The notes: generated by a model not told the origin, from the sequence alone. Shown: positions 8,134-17,744, counted from the stretch's first letter. The stretch: 33,025 nt of DNA from Dehalococcoidia bacterium (GCA_030740155.1 JASLXV010000001.1:1-33025); one strand, 5' to 3'. Numbers and translations are program-made.

Positions 8134-9801
8134 CTATTCCCACTCGATGGTGCCCGGCGGCTTGCTGGTGATGTCGTATACCACCCGGTTGACTCCCGGC
8201 ACCTCATTGACTATCCGGTTGGAGATCCGGGCCAGGACCTCGTAGGGCAGGCGCACCCAGTCGGCGGTCATGGCGTCCTCGCTGTTCACCGCGCGGATGG
8301 CGCACACGTAGCCGTAGGTCCGGTAGTCCCCCATTACCCCGACGGTGCGGCTGTCACTGAGGACGGCGAAGCTCTGCCACACCTGGCCGTAGAGGTTGGC
8401 CGCCTTGATCTCGTCGATGACTATCCAGTCGCAGGCCCGCAGCAGGTCCAGGCGCGCACTGGTGACTTCCCCGATGATCCGGATAGCCAGGCCGGGGCCG
8501 GGGAAGGGCTGCCGGTGGACCATCTCCGGAGGCAGGCCCAACTCCAAGCCCACCTCTCGGACCTCGTCCTTGAACAGGTACCGCAGCGGTTCGACCAGTT
8601 TCAGCTTCATGTGCTCGGGCAGGCCGCCGACGTTGTGGTGGGTCTTGATGCGGGCCGACGCCCGGTTCTCCGGAGTCTCGCTTTCGATCACGTCGGGGTA
8701 CAGGGTACCCTGGGCCAGGAAATCGGTCTTGCCCAACTTCGATGCCGACTCTTCGAACACCCGGATGAACTCCTCGCCGATCACCTTGCGTTTCGTTTCC
8801 GGGTCGGTGACACCGGCCAGCCGGGCCACGAACCGTTCGGTGGCGTCTTCGTACATCAGGTTCAGCCCCAGGTTGCGGTTGAACGTGGCCTGGACCCGCT
8901 CCGCCTCTTCGAGCCGCAGCAGCCCGTTGTTGACAAAGATGCAGGTTAGCTGGTCGCCGATGGCCTGTTGCAATAGCACGGCGGTTACCGCTGAGTCCAC
9001 TCCGCCGGAGAGGGCGCAGATCACCCGGCCGTCTCCCACCTGGTCTCGGATGTGGGCGATCGAATCGCTGACAAAGTTGCGGGGCGTCCAGGTGGCCTGA
9101 CAGGCGCAACTTCGGAAGAGGAAGTTCTCCAGAATCGAGTTGCCCAAAGGCGTGTGTCTGACCTCGGGGTGGAATTGGATTCCGAAGATTCCGTCGCCGT
9201 TGCCGATGGCCGCCACCGGGGAGTTTTCGGTGTAGGCAAGGGAGGTGAACCCTGGGGGTAGCTCCTCCACCCGGTCGCCATGGCTCATCCACACCTGGAA
9301 CGACGTGGGCATACCCTGGAACACCGGGGTTTCGATGGCGTTCTGGTGGAGTACCGCGAAACCGTATTCCTGTTTTAGCCCCGGGGTCACCTTGCCGCCG
9401 AGCTGGTGGACCAGCGCCTGCATTCCGTAGCAGATACCCAGGACGGGCAACCGGCGCTCAAACACCCATTGCGGGACCATGGGGGCGCCGGGCTCGTAAA
9501 CGCTGGCCGGGCCGCCCGAGAGAATGACCCCTCTGGGGTTAATGTGCCGGACCGATTCCCAGGTGCTTGACGCCGGGACGATCTCGGAGTACACCTTCAA
9601 CTCCCGCACCCGGCGGGCGATAAGGTGGCTGTACTGGGAGCCGAAGTCGACGATGGCGATGCCCTCGTTTACCGACCTGGGCCCGCCCTCCTCCTCCGAC
9701 CCGATGCCCTCCAGGCTTTTGGCGATCTCCAGGTACGCCGAAACCTCCAGGTCGTCGCTGGTGGCAACCCGCCGTCCTCGGGGCAGCTGCTTCTCTGTCG
9801 T
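8134..9801 (-). CDS. guaA: GMP synthase (glutamine-hydrolysing); probable non-canonical start (ACG 9801; alternative CTG 9732)
   Basis: [60 protein letters not shown]. The conserved N-terminal motif lies upstream of the first canonical start (GTG 9609). Confidence 0.95.
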   Translation of the reverse strand, partial: TTEKQLPRGRRVATSDDLEVSAYLEIAKSLEGIGSEEEGGPRSVNEGIAIVDFGSQYSHLIARRVRELKVYSEIVPASSTWESVRHINPRGVILSGGPASVYEPGAPMVPQWVFERRLPVLGICYGMQALVHQLGGKVTPGLKQEYGFAVLHQNAIETPVFQGMPTSFQVWMSHGDRVEELPPGFTSLAYTENSPVAAIGNGDGIFGIQFHPEVRHTPLGNSILENFLFRSCACQATWTPRNFVSDSIAHIRDQVGDGRVICALSGGVDSAVTAVLLQQAIGDQLTCIFVNNGLLRLEEAERVQATFNRNLGLNLMYEDATERFVARLAGVTDPETKRKVIGEEFIRVFEESASKLGKTDFLAQGTLYPDVIESETPENRASARIKTHHNVGGLPEHMKLKLVEPLRYLFKDEVREVGLELGLPPEMVHRQPFPGPGLAIRIIGEVTSARLDLLRACDWIVIDEIKAANLYGQVWQSFAVLSDSRTVGVMGDYRTYGYVCAIRAVNSEDAMTADWVRLPYEVLARISNRIVNEVPGVNRVVYDITSKPPGTIEWE

Positions 9802-10011
9802 GGCTACGCCTCCTTGGTGACCAAAACGTCACTGATCCGATGGTTTGCCGTGCTGAGGGGACCGCAAAAGGCAAACCGCGAAGCATCCAGGGCCGGGAGT
9901 AAAGCTTACGCGGTTACGATCGCCGGACCCACGCCTCACGCCCCTCGTCTCGCTCTTGATGAGATCCCCCAAGACCGGTATCGCCGGCGGTGTCCTCCAT
10001 CGGTTGGTGGT

Positions 10012-10017
10012 ATTATA
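10012..10017 (-). promoter_or_regulatory. Candidate sigma70 -10 box for the guaA/pur transcript
   Basis: Perfect TATAAT on the minus strand ~210 nt upstream of the guaA start; no clear -35. Confidence 0.55.
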
Positions 10018-10057
10018 CCGGCTGTTTCTGATGGAGTATAGGCTCCATCGCGGCCTG

Positions 10058-10122
10058 CCCTCACCCAGCCCAGGCTGCGCCAGGGCATCCCTCTCCCGCG
10101 GGAGAGGGAACGAGGGTGAGGG
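10058..10122. repeat. REP-like nested palindrome (CCCTCACCC..TCCCTCTCCC/GGGAGAGGGA..GGGTGAGGG)
   Basis: Two nested perfect inverted repeats between the divergent promoters. Confidence 0.65.
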
Positions 10123-10161
10123 TATTTCCGTTGCGGTCGAGTCGCCCCGGTCCAACCGCTG

Positions 10162-10170
10162 TGCTATACT
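10162..10170 (+). promoter_or_regulatory. Candidate extended -10 promoter (TGcTATACT) for tsaC
   Basis: TGn plus TATACT ~50 nt upstream of tsaC. Confidence 0.45.
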
Positions 10171-10218
10171 CAGTCGTAGACATGATTCGAGCGTAATCTG
10201 CGGCTTTGCGACGGACTA

Positions 10219-10830
10219 TTGCCGGCCTCAAATGGCGAAAAAGAGTTAGGCGAAGCAGTCCGTTGCCTCGGGGACGGAGGCGTGGTGTTGCTCCCAACGG
10301 ATACGCTTTACGGGTTGGGGGCCGACGTCTTCTCGTTGCCGGCCCTGAAGCGGGTCTTCTCCATCAAAGGGCGGCCGCCGGACCTGGCGTTGCCGGTCCT
10401 GGTGGGTAGTTGGGAACAGGTGGAATTGGTGGCTCGGGACGTGCCAGAGTCCGGGCGCCTACTGGCCGGCCGGTTCTGGCCGGGCGCCCTGACCCTGGTC
10501 CTGACGCGCCGGGATTGTGTGCCGGACCTTGTGACCGGCGGCAGGGACACGGTGGCGGTGCGGATGCCCGGCCACCCGATACCTCTGGCCCTGGCCAAGG
10601 AGCTGGGTGGACCGATTACCGGCACCAGCGCCAACCGGAGCGGAGAGGCGGACCCCCAGACCCTGGCGGCGGCGGAGGCCGAGTTGGGCGGCCGGGTAGA
10701 TTACATAATACGGGCCGGACCCGCGCCGCAAGGGACCCCATCCACCGTGGTCGACCTCACCACCGGCACGCCCCGGTTGCTGCGCCAGGGGGCGGTGCCC
10801 TTCTCAGAAGTGTTGCAGGCGTGGGAGTAG
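10219..10830 (+). CDS. tsaC: L-threonylcarbamoyladenylate synthase (TsaC/YrdC-Sua5 family)
   Basis: PTDTLYGL, KGRP, FWPGALTLV, TVAVRMP, TGTSANRSG, STVVD. Start uncertain. Confidence 0.92.
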   Translation: MPASNGEKELGEAVRCLGDGGVVLLPTDTLYGLGADVFSLPALKRVFSIKGRPPDLALPVLVGSWEQVELVARDVPESGRLLAGRFWPGALTLVLTRRDCVPDLVTGGRDTVAVRMPGHPIPLALAKELGGPITGTSANRSGEADPQTLAAAEAELGGRVDYIIRAGPAPQGTPSTVVDLTTGTPRLLRQGAVPFSEVLQAWE

Positions 10831-10905
10831 CTCGCAGACGGGTTTGCCTCTGGGCGGTGGCCGGGCAATGAACCCGCGGGGCGCCTCCCTTAAAGGAGGG
10901 AAACC

Positions 10906-11925
10906 ATTCTCTCTCTGTCCCGTTACGATCCATATGCAAAGGCCCTGGATGAGGAGCTGAGGGAACTCTTCTCCTCCCGCGAAGGCTTCCTGTACGACGT
11001 GCTCCGCTACCATCTGGGCTGGACCGACCAGCGGGGGACGCCGGAGGACAATGCCGTCCCTCTGCATTTCCCGTCCGTGCTGGCCCTGGCATCTTGCGAG
11101 GCGCTGTCCGGTGATTTTCGTCCGGCGCTGCCCGCCGCCGCCGGGGTGGAACTGGTGTCCAATTTTGTCCTGGTGCATGATGACGCTCAGTCGGACCGGC
11201 GGGAAGCTCTGGCTCGGCCCAGCATCTGCTCGGTCTGGGGCCAGGCTCAGGCCATTAACACGGGTGATGGCCTGCATGCCCTGGGAAGGGCCGCCGTGAT
11301 GCGCCTGTCCCGGAGCGGGGTGCCGCCGGACCAGGTGCTCCGCGCGGTGGAGTTTCTGGACCAGGCCTGCCTCACCCTCTGCGAAGGCCAGTTTATGGAC
11401 CTGAGTTTCCAGGAGCAATTGGTGGTCACCAGGCCCGCTTTCCACGAAATGATCAGTCGCAAGGCCGGGGCGCTTACCGGCTGCTCCGCCGAATTGGGCG
11501 CCCTCGCCGCGGGCGCGGATGACACCAGGTGCGCCAGGTTCCGTGAGATGGGCACGATGCTGGGCATCGCCCGGCAGGTCAGCCGGGATGTGGCGGACTT
11601 GTGGCGCGGGGGCTGGGACGGCCCGAACTCCAACGGCGTCTCGAACAAGAAGAAGAGCTTGCCCCTGGTCCACGTGATGGAGACCGCCGGCGTGGCAGCC
11701 AAGCGGGAGCTGGGGGCCATTTACGAGAAGCAGGTCCTGTTGCCGGAGGATGTGTCTCGCCTGATCGGCATCCTGGACCAGGCCGGCTCCCGTCACTTTG
11801 CCGAAGGGAAGGCGAAGGACCTTGTGGATCAGGCCTTGGAGGCAATCGCCGGCGCCGGCGTGCCGGAACCAGGGATGGAAGGCCTGCGCCAACTGGGCCA
11901 ATGGGCGCTGCAAGGTAGTGGCTGA
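10906..11925 (+). CDS. Polyprenyl synthetase family protein with degenerate catalytic motifs; probable ATT start
   Basis: LRYHLGW, ELVSNFVLVHDD, AINTGD, CEGQFMD, KKKSLP. SD AAGGAGG then ATT at 10906; first canonical start is GTG 10999. Confidence 0.85.
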   Translation: MLSLSRYDPYAKALDEELRELFSSREGFLYDVLRYHLGWTDQRGTPEDNAVPLHFPSVLALASCEALSGDFRPALPAAAGVELVSNFVLVHDDAQSDRREALARPSICSVWGQAQAINTGDGLHALGRAAVMRLSRSGVPPDQVLRAVEFLDQACLTLCEGQFMDLSFQEQLVVTRPAFHEMISRKAGALTGCSAELGALAAGADDTRCARFREMGTMLGIARQVSRDVADLWRGGWDGPNSNGVSNKKKSLPLVHVMETAGVAAKRELGAIYEKQVLLPEDVSRLIGILDQAGSRHFAEGKAKDLVDQALEAIAGAGVPEPGMEGLRQLGQWALQGSG

Positions 11926-12033
11926 GACTCGGTGACGGCCCACGTGGCCATCGCTCGGAAGCAACTCGCGAAAGGGGCCGGAGGGCGCCGGGGTCACCTC
12001 GGTCCCGGCGAAGGCGGAGGAGTTGGGAGAGTC

Positions 12034-13239
12034 ATGGTAAAACGTCGCCTCAGTGACCTTGATGTCCACGGCCAACGGGTCCTGGTCAGGGTTGATTTCA
12101 ATGTGCCCATAGAAGAACAGGGCGTCGAGGCCATCGCTTCCTACGACCAGCGGCTCCGGGCCACACTACCAACCATCCGCTACCTCCTGGAACGCGACTG
12201 CCGGGTGATACTGTGCTCTCACCTGGGCCGTCCCGAGGGAGAAGTGGTCGAAACCCTCCGGTTGGCGCCGGTTGGCAACCGCCTGGCGGTTCTCCTGGGG
12301 CGCCCGGTCCGCAGCCTGAAAGACTGCATCGGATGGGACGTTGTATCGGCCGTCGGGGCCATGGTTCCGGGGGAAATCACCTTGCTGGAAAACCTGAGGT
12401 TCCATTCCGGCGAGGAAAAGAACGCAGCCGAGTTCGGCGAAGCGCTGGCTACCCTGGCCGACCGCTTCGTGATGGACGCCTTTGCCGTGGCCCACCGGTC
12501 CCATGCTTCCACCGTGGGTCTGACCCAGCACTTGCCGTCGGCCATGGGGCTGTTGGTGCAGCGGGAGGTCGAGGCCCTGGGCCAGACCCTGGAGGTGAGG
12601 GAAGACGGCAAACCGCTGGCCGCGCTGTTGGGAGGCGCCAAGGTCAGCGATAAGATAATGGTATTGGAGAACCTGCTCGACAAGCTGGATCACCTGTTCA
12701 TCGGCGGAGGCATGTCGGTCACCTTCTTGCACGCGGTGGGCTACCGGACCGGCGCGTCCTCCGTCGAAGGGGAACGGCTGGAGTTTGCCAGGGAAATCAT
12801 GGCCCGGGCCGTGACGGCCGGTGTTCAGGTCCACCTGCCCATGGACGTGGTGGTAGCCAATCAGTTCGCCGCCGACGCGTTCGAGGTGAAGACCGTCCCG
12901 GTGAATCAGGTCCCCGAGGGTTGGTTCATCATGGACATCGGAAACACGACGGCCCGGCTTTTCTCGCAAGAACTCGGCCAGTGCAAGACCATAGTTTGGA
13001 ACGGCCCCATGGGCGTCTTCGAGATGCCCAGGTTCAGCCTGGGCACCCGGACCGTGGCCGAGGCCATCGCCGGGTTGACCGAGGTCACCAGCGTGGTCGG
13101 CGGCGGCTCCACCGCCGAGGTGGTGGAAGAGCTGGGCCTCATGGAGCGGATGACCCACGTCTCCACCGGCGGCGGAGCGTCGCTGAAGTTCCTGGAAGGG
13201 AAGGAACTGCCGGGTATCGCCGCCTTGCCTGACGCCTGA
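12034..13239 (+). CDS. pgk: Phosphoglycerate kinase
   Basis: RVDFNVP, SHLGRP, LENLRF, GGAKVSDK, WNGPMGVFE, HVSTGGGAS. Start set at ATG 12034 (GGAGA SD). Confidence 0.97.
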   Translation: MVKRRLSDLDVHGQRVLVRVDFNVPIEEQGVEAIASYDQRLRATLPTIRYLLERDCRVILCSHLGRPEGEVVETLRLAPVGNRLAVLLGRPVRSLKDCIGWDVVSAVGAMVPGEITLLENLRFHSGEEKNAAEFGEALATLADRFVMDAFAVAHRSHASTVGLTQHLPSAMGLLVQREVEALGQTLEVREDGKPLAALLGGAKVSDKIMVLENLLDKLDHLFIGGGMSVTFLHAVGYRTGASSVEGERLEFAREIMARAVTAGVQVHLPMDVVVANQFAADAFEVKTVPVNQVPEGWFIMDIGNTTARLFSQELGQCKTIVWNGPMGVFEMPRFSLGTRTVAEAIAGLTEVTSVVGGGSTAEVVEELGLMERMTHVSTGGGASLKFLEGKELPGIAALPDA

Positions 13240-13289
13240 GATACTATCGGCCACCTAAACCTCTTCAGGACTGGAGGAAGGGCTGAAAC

Positions 13290-14504
13290 ATGATCGACCT
13301 CGAAGTGCTGCGCGACTGCTATACCACGACCCCATCCAAGATAATCATGCTGGTCGTGGACGGGCTGGGAGGGCTACCCCATCCCGACACCGGACTATCC
13401 GAGTTGGAGACGGCCCGGATTCCCAACCTGGACGCCCTGGCCCGGGAAAGCGCCTGCGGGCTGAGCACCCCGGTGATGCCCGGCGTTACCCCGGGGAGCG
13501 GGCCCGGCCACCTGGCCCTCTTCGGCTACGATCCCCTCAAGTACCTGATCGGCCGGGGAGCCCTGGAGGCCCTGGGCATCGACGTGGCCCTGGAGCCGGG
13601 AGACGTGGCCGCACGGGGCAATTTCTGCACCGTCGACGGAGATGGGGCGTTGGTGGACCGGCGGGCTCGAAGGATTCCGTCCGAGCTGAGCGCGCCGTTG
13701 TGCCACCGTCTGGATCGCATCGAGCTTGACGGCGTACAGGTGGACGTCTTCCCGGTACAGGACTATCGGTTCGTGTTGCGGCTGCGTGGGGAAGGACTCT
13801 CGGAGGCCGTTTCGGGGACCGACCCTCAGCGGGTCGGGGTCCCGTCGCTGCCGGTCGAGGCCCTGGATGCCAAGGCCGAAGTGACCGCCACCCTGGCCAA
13901 CGGCTTCGTGGCCCAGGCCCGGCAGATGCTTGCCGAGGAAGAGCGGGCCAACATGGTTTTGTTGCGGGGGTTTGCCCAACTGCCCGACCTGCCGCCCATG
14001 GGCCGGGTTTACGGCCTCAACCCGGCGGGGATCGCCGCCTACCCGATGTACCGGGGACTGGCGACCGTGGCCGGCATGGAGGTGATTCCCACCGGCCGGA
14101 CCTTCGCCGATGAGGTGGAAACCCTCCGGAAAAACCTGCACGCCCACGACTTCTTCTTCATCCATTACAAGCCATGCGATGCCGCGGGAGAGGACGGTGA
14201 CTTCGACGCCAAGGTCAAGTGCCTGGAGGACCTGGACCCATTCATACCCCAGATCCGGGAGTTGGGGGCTGAAGCGTTGGTTGTGGCTGGGGACCACTCT
14301 ACTCCCGCCATCATGGCCAGCCATAGCTGGCATCCGGTCCCTTTCATGGTTCACTCGCGGCTGACCAAAGGTGAGGGTGGGTCCGGATTCTCCGGATTCA
14401 ATGAAAAGTCCTGCGCGCAGGGTTCCATTGGGCGCATCATGGCCACCCAAATCATGCTGCTGGCCCTCTCCCACTCCGGAAAATTGGCCAAGTTCGGGCC
14501 GTGA
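13290..14504 (+). CDS. apgM: 2,3-bisphosphoglycerate-independent phosphoglycerate mutase (ApgM type)
   Basis: VDGLGG, TPGSGPGHLALFGYDP, GRGALEALG, ARGNF, YPMYRGLA, GDHSTP, HSWHPVP. Confidence 0.93.
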   Translation: MIDLEVLRDCYTTTPSKIIMLVVDGLGGLPHPDTGLSELETARIPNLDALARESACGLSTPVMPGVTPGSGPGHLALFGYDPLKYLIGRGALEALGIDVALEPGDVAARGNFCTVDGDGALVDRRARRIPSELSAPLCHRLDRIELDGVQVDVFPVQDYRFVLRLRGEGLSEAVSGTDPQRVGVPSLPVEALDAKAEVTATLANGFVAQARQMLAEEERANMVLLRGFAQLPDLPPMGRVYGLNPAGIAAYPMYRGLATVAGMEVIPTGRTFADEVETLRKNLHAHDFFFIHYKPCDAAGEDGDFDAKVKCLEDLDPFIPQIRELGAEALVVAGDHSTPAIMASHSWHPVPFMVHSRLTKGEGGSGFSGFNEKSCAQGSIGRIMATQIMLLALSHSGKLAKFGP

Positions 14505-14782
14505 TCGCCGCCGGCAATCCAGGGCATCGGGGACCAAGGGTGGGCGAAAGCTCGCCTGCCGTGGACAGGCGCGCCCGGAGCGCGCCACTCTCCGGGTCCG
14601 GAGAAGGTCCACCAGCTCCTCCAGGAGCACGTCGGCGTTCCGTTCCTCCGGGGAACGGGGCCCGGCGCGCTATTTTCGTACCCTTCGAGGAGAGAGAATT
14701 AGAGACCCGGACGAGGGTTCGTAACCTCGCCGGTGGGGTTTGAACCCGGGAACGCGCCATTTCATCAATTGGGGGTAGATCT

Positions 14783-15547
14783 GTGGCTAAACTTGTAGTC
14801 GCCGGCAACTGGAAAATGAATACAGGCATCGTGGAGGCCGTGGAGTTGGCCTTCAGCGTGCGAGATGGGCTTGGTCCCATCTCCGGAGTCGAAATCGTGC
14901 TCTGCCCGCCCTTCGTCTCGCTGATCCCCGTCCGGGACGCGGTGAAGGGGACTGACATCAAAATAGGGGCGCAGAACATGCACTTCGAGGAGGCCGGGGC
15001 TTTCACCGGTGAGGTCGCTGCTTCCATGCTCCGGGGGATCTGCGACTACGTGATCCTGGGTCACTCGGAGCGGCGCCAGCTATTTGGCGAGTCCGATGAT
15101 TCCGTTAATCGCAAGGTTAAGGCCGCGTTTCAGCACCGCTTGCGGCCGATCCTGTGCGTGGGGGAGACCCTGGAACAGCGGGATGGGGGCCGGGCCGGAG
15201 AGGTCGTGGGCCGGCAGCTTCGGGCCGGGCTGGCGGACGTAGTTGACATAACCGGGCTGGTGGTGGCCTACGAGCCGGTCTGGGCCATCGGAACGGGCCG
15301 GGCCGCCACCCCTGAGAGCGCCGCCGAGATCATGGGAGGCACCGTGCTTGAAACCCTACGCTCGTTGTACGGCCGCGCCGCCGAAGAGGTGCCGCTGCTG
15401 TACGGCGGCAGCGCGAACCCCGGCAACATCGCCGAATTCGCCTCCCAGACCTGCGTCCACGGTGCGCTGGTGGGTGGCGCCGCACTCAAGTCAGACCAGT
15501 TCCTGGAGATCGCGAGACTGACGGCTGAGGCGAAGGGTATCCTTTAA
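14783..15547 (+). CDS. tpiA: Triosephosphate isomerase
   Basis: AGNWKMN, GAFTGE, GHSERR, AYEPVWAIGTG, LYGGS, GALVGGA. Confidence 0.98.
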   Translation: MAKLVVAGNWKMNTGIVEAVELAFSVRDGLGPISGVEIVLCPPFVSLIPVRDAVKGTDIKIGAQNMHFEEAGAFTGEVAASMLRGICDYVILGHSERRQLFGESDDSVNRKVKAAFQHRLRPILCVGETLEQRDGGRAGEVVGRQLRAGLADVVDITGLVVAYEPVWAIGTGRAATPESAAEIMGGTVLETLRSLYGRAAEEVPLLYGGSANPGNIAEFASQTCVHGALVGGAALKSDQFLEIARLTAEAKGIL

Positions 15548-15646
15548 GGGTACCCCCAACATATGAGTGTATGAGCCGCGAGAAACTTGAAAAAGCCGGC
15601 AGGATGGCTAACCTCATCGAGGCGGCCCAGGCCTCGGGGCCGTTGA

Positions 15647-16636
15647 TTGATCCGGGATAAGTTGCTGGAGACTGCTACACCCGTCCTCTTCATCGTCGGC
15701 CCGACCGCCGTAGGCAAGACGGGGCTGGCGGTGGCCCTCGCCCGGCGGTTGAACGGCGAGATAATCAACGCCGACAGCCGCCAGGTCTACCGGTACATGG
15801 ATATCGGGACCGCGAAGCCCACTCCTGATGAGCTGGCCCAGGCCCCCCACCACCTGCTGGATATCGTGGACCCCGGTATCAACTTCGACCTTGCCTCGTT
15901 CCTCTCCATGGCCCGTGACTGCATTCGGGACATCCGGAGCCGGGGCCGCCTGCCGGTGGTCGCGGGAGGCTCAGGGCAGTACGTTTGGGCCTTGATCGAG
16001 GGGTGGCAGGTGCCCAAAGTCCCGCCCGATCCCGCTTTTCGCCGGGAGAAACAACAGGAGGCCGACCTCCACGGCCCGATGCCCCTTTACCGGCAGTTGC
16101 AAGCAATCGATCCCAGCCGGGCCGCTCAGCTGGACCCGCGAAACGTGCGCCGGGTCATCCGCGCCCTGGAGGTTTGCCGCTCCTCACAACGCGCCGCCTC
16201 GGGCCTCCGGGGACGAGCCCAGCCCATGGAGAACGTGCTGGTGATTGGGCTGACCCTGAACCGGGAGGAACTCTACCGGCGCATCGACGGCCGGGTGGAT
16301 CGGATGCTCGCGGCTGGTTTGCTGGAAGAGGTCCGGAGCTTGACCGACCGCGGATACTCCATGGGGCGCGGCCCTCTGGCGAGCCCGGGATACCGGGAGT
16401 TGGGCCAGCACCTGGCCGGGGAGATTACCCTGGACGAGGCGGTGCGGAGGACCAAGTTCCAGACCCATCGCCTGGCCCGGCGCCAGCACACCTGGTTCAA
16501 GCCGGACGATGCACGGATCCGGTGGCTGGATGTCTCCGACCTGGGCCTGGAGGCTTCCGCGGCACATCTTGCCGCGGAGTTTTTGCCCGGCCCCTATGAT
16601 ACAATAGGCACACCTTGCCAGGAGCCTGGCCGATGA
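15647..16636 (+). CDS. miaA: tRNA dimethylallyltransferase
   Basis: GPTAVGKT, ADSRQVYRYMDIGTAKP, GGSGQY, RRVIRALEV, ARRQHTWF. Confidence 0.97.
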   Translation: MIRDKLLETATPVLFIVGPTAVGKTGLAVALARRLNGEIINADSRQVYRYMDIGTAKPTPDELAQAPHHLLDIVDPGINFDLASFLSMARDCIRDIRSRGRLPVVAGGSGQYVWALIEGWQVPKVPPDPAFRREKQQEADLHGPMPLYRQLQAIDPSRAAQLDPRNVRRVIRALEVCRSSQRAASGLRGRAQPMENVLVIGLTLNREELYRRIDGRVDRMLAAGLLEEVRSLTDRGYSMGRGPLASPGYRELGQHLAGEITLDEAVRRTKFQTHRLARRQHTWFKPDDARIRWLDVSDLGLEASAAHLAAEFLPGPYDTIGTPCQEPGR

Positions 16637-17484
16637 AATTTACCAAGATGCAGGGCGCCGGCAACGACTATGTATACATCGATGCCCGTGGCCTGAAAGA
16701 GGACTGGCCCAGCCTGTCTCGCCGGATGAGCGACCGCCATTTCGGCATCGGCGGCGACGGAATCATCCTGGTCCTGGATTCCGACGCTGCCGACTTGAAA
16801 ATGCGGATGTTCAACGCCGACGGCTCGGAGGGCGAGATGTGCGGCAACGGCATCCGCTGCTTCGCTAAGTACGCCATCGAACGCGGCATCGTCCCATCTG
16901 GGACCGAATCCCTTGGGGTCGAAACCCTGGCCGGCATCCGCACCATCGTGCCGGTTTACGATGACGGCCGCGTTACTCGCGCCAGGGTTTCCATGGGCCT
17001 GCCCGATCTACATCCTCGAGACGTTCCCGTGACGTTGGACCGGCTGCCGGCCAGCACGACCGGGCCGATCATCGACTATCCCTTTGAGATGGACGGCCTC
17101 AGTCTGCCGTTAACCTTCGTTTCCATGGGCAACCCCCACGCCATCGTGTTCCTGGAGCAGCCGGTAGCCGAGTTCCCGCTGCACACCATAGGTCCCAAGG
17201 TGGAACACCACCCCATGTTCCCTCGCCGCGTCAACTTCGAGGTGGTGAATCTGAATGGTGAAGGGCGGGCGACCGCCCGGGTCTGGGAGCGGGGTTCCGG
17301 AGAGACGATGGCTTGCGGCACCGGGGCCTGCGCCATCGCCGTGGCCACCTGGCTGCGAAAGTCCGGCCGGGGCCGCCTTGACATAACCTTGCCCGGCGGT
17401 ACCCTGAACATCGACTGGGACGGCGAGGGAGAGGTGTACCTTGAGGGTCCGGCTGAGGAAGTGTTCAGCGGGGAGTGGATATGA
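16633..17484 (+). CDS. dapF: Diaminopimelate epimerase
   Basis: MKFTKMQGAGNDY, NADGSEGEMCGNGIRC, MGNPH, ERGSGETMACGTGACA; ATGA overlap with miaA. Confidence 0.98.
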   Translation: MKFTKMQGAGNDYVYIDARGLKEDWPSLSRRMSDRHFGIGGDGIILVLDSDAADLKMRMFNADGSEGEMCGNGIRCFAKYAIERGIVPSGTESLGVETLAGIRTIVPVYDDGRVTRARVSMGLPDLHPRDVPVTLDRLPASTTGPIIDYPFEMDGLSLPLTFVSMGNPHAIVFLEQPVAEFPLHTIGPKVEHHPMFPRRVNFEVVNLNGEGRATARVWERGSGETMACGTGACAIAVATWLRKSGRGRLDITLPGGTLNIDWDGEGEVYLEGPAEEVFSGEWI

Positions 17485-17744
17485 AGCTTTACAAACTGCC
17501 CCTCGTGATTCACGAGCCCAACGAAGACACTGAGAACAAATACATGGCCGAGATTCCGTTGCTACCCGGTTGCAGGGCATGGGGAGACACTGCGGCCGAA
17601 GTATTGGAAAATCTTCAAAGCGTTGCGTCTGGATTCCTTGAGTCCTATCGGGACAGTGGGGATCCACTTCCGGCTGAAATTGAGGCGGCGTCATGGGAGC
17701 ATGGTGGTAATGAAATACCTGGTGAGATGCTCCTTGCGGTTTGA
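17481..17744 (+). CDS. hicB: HicB-family antitoxin (short form)
   Basis: YMAEIPLLPGCRAWGDTAAEVLENL motif; AT-richer than flanks; ATGA overlap with dapF. Confidence 0.85.
   Translation: MKLYKLPLVIHEPNEDTENKYMAEIPLLPGCRAWGDTAAEVLENLQSVASGFLESYRDSGDPLPAEIEAASWEHGGNEIPGEMLLAV

Noticed and set aside
9900..9965. SAM-I riboswitch (CUCAUCAAGAG on the minus strand)
   Set aside because: Lacks convincing GCAACC, GUGC and closing GAUGAG elements, and the downstream genes are not sulfur-related. Kept only as an unclassified leader.
9837..10003. 6S RNA
   Set aside because: Ends pair and length is similar, but the helices are branched and asymmetric, there is no terminator, and it runs into the guaA SD. 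An Infernal scan would settle it.
10804..14630. Long antisense ORFs (423, 362 and 411 aa) and similar shadow ORFs throughout
   Set aside because: Opposite well-identified genes; expected in GC-rich DNA; no recognisable motifs.
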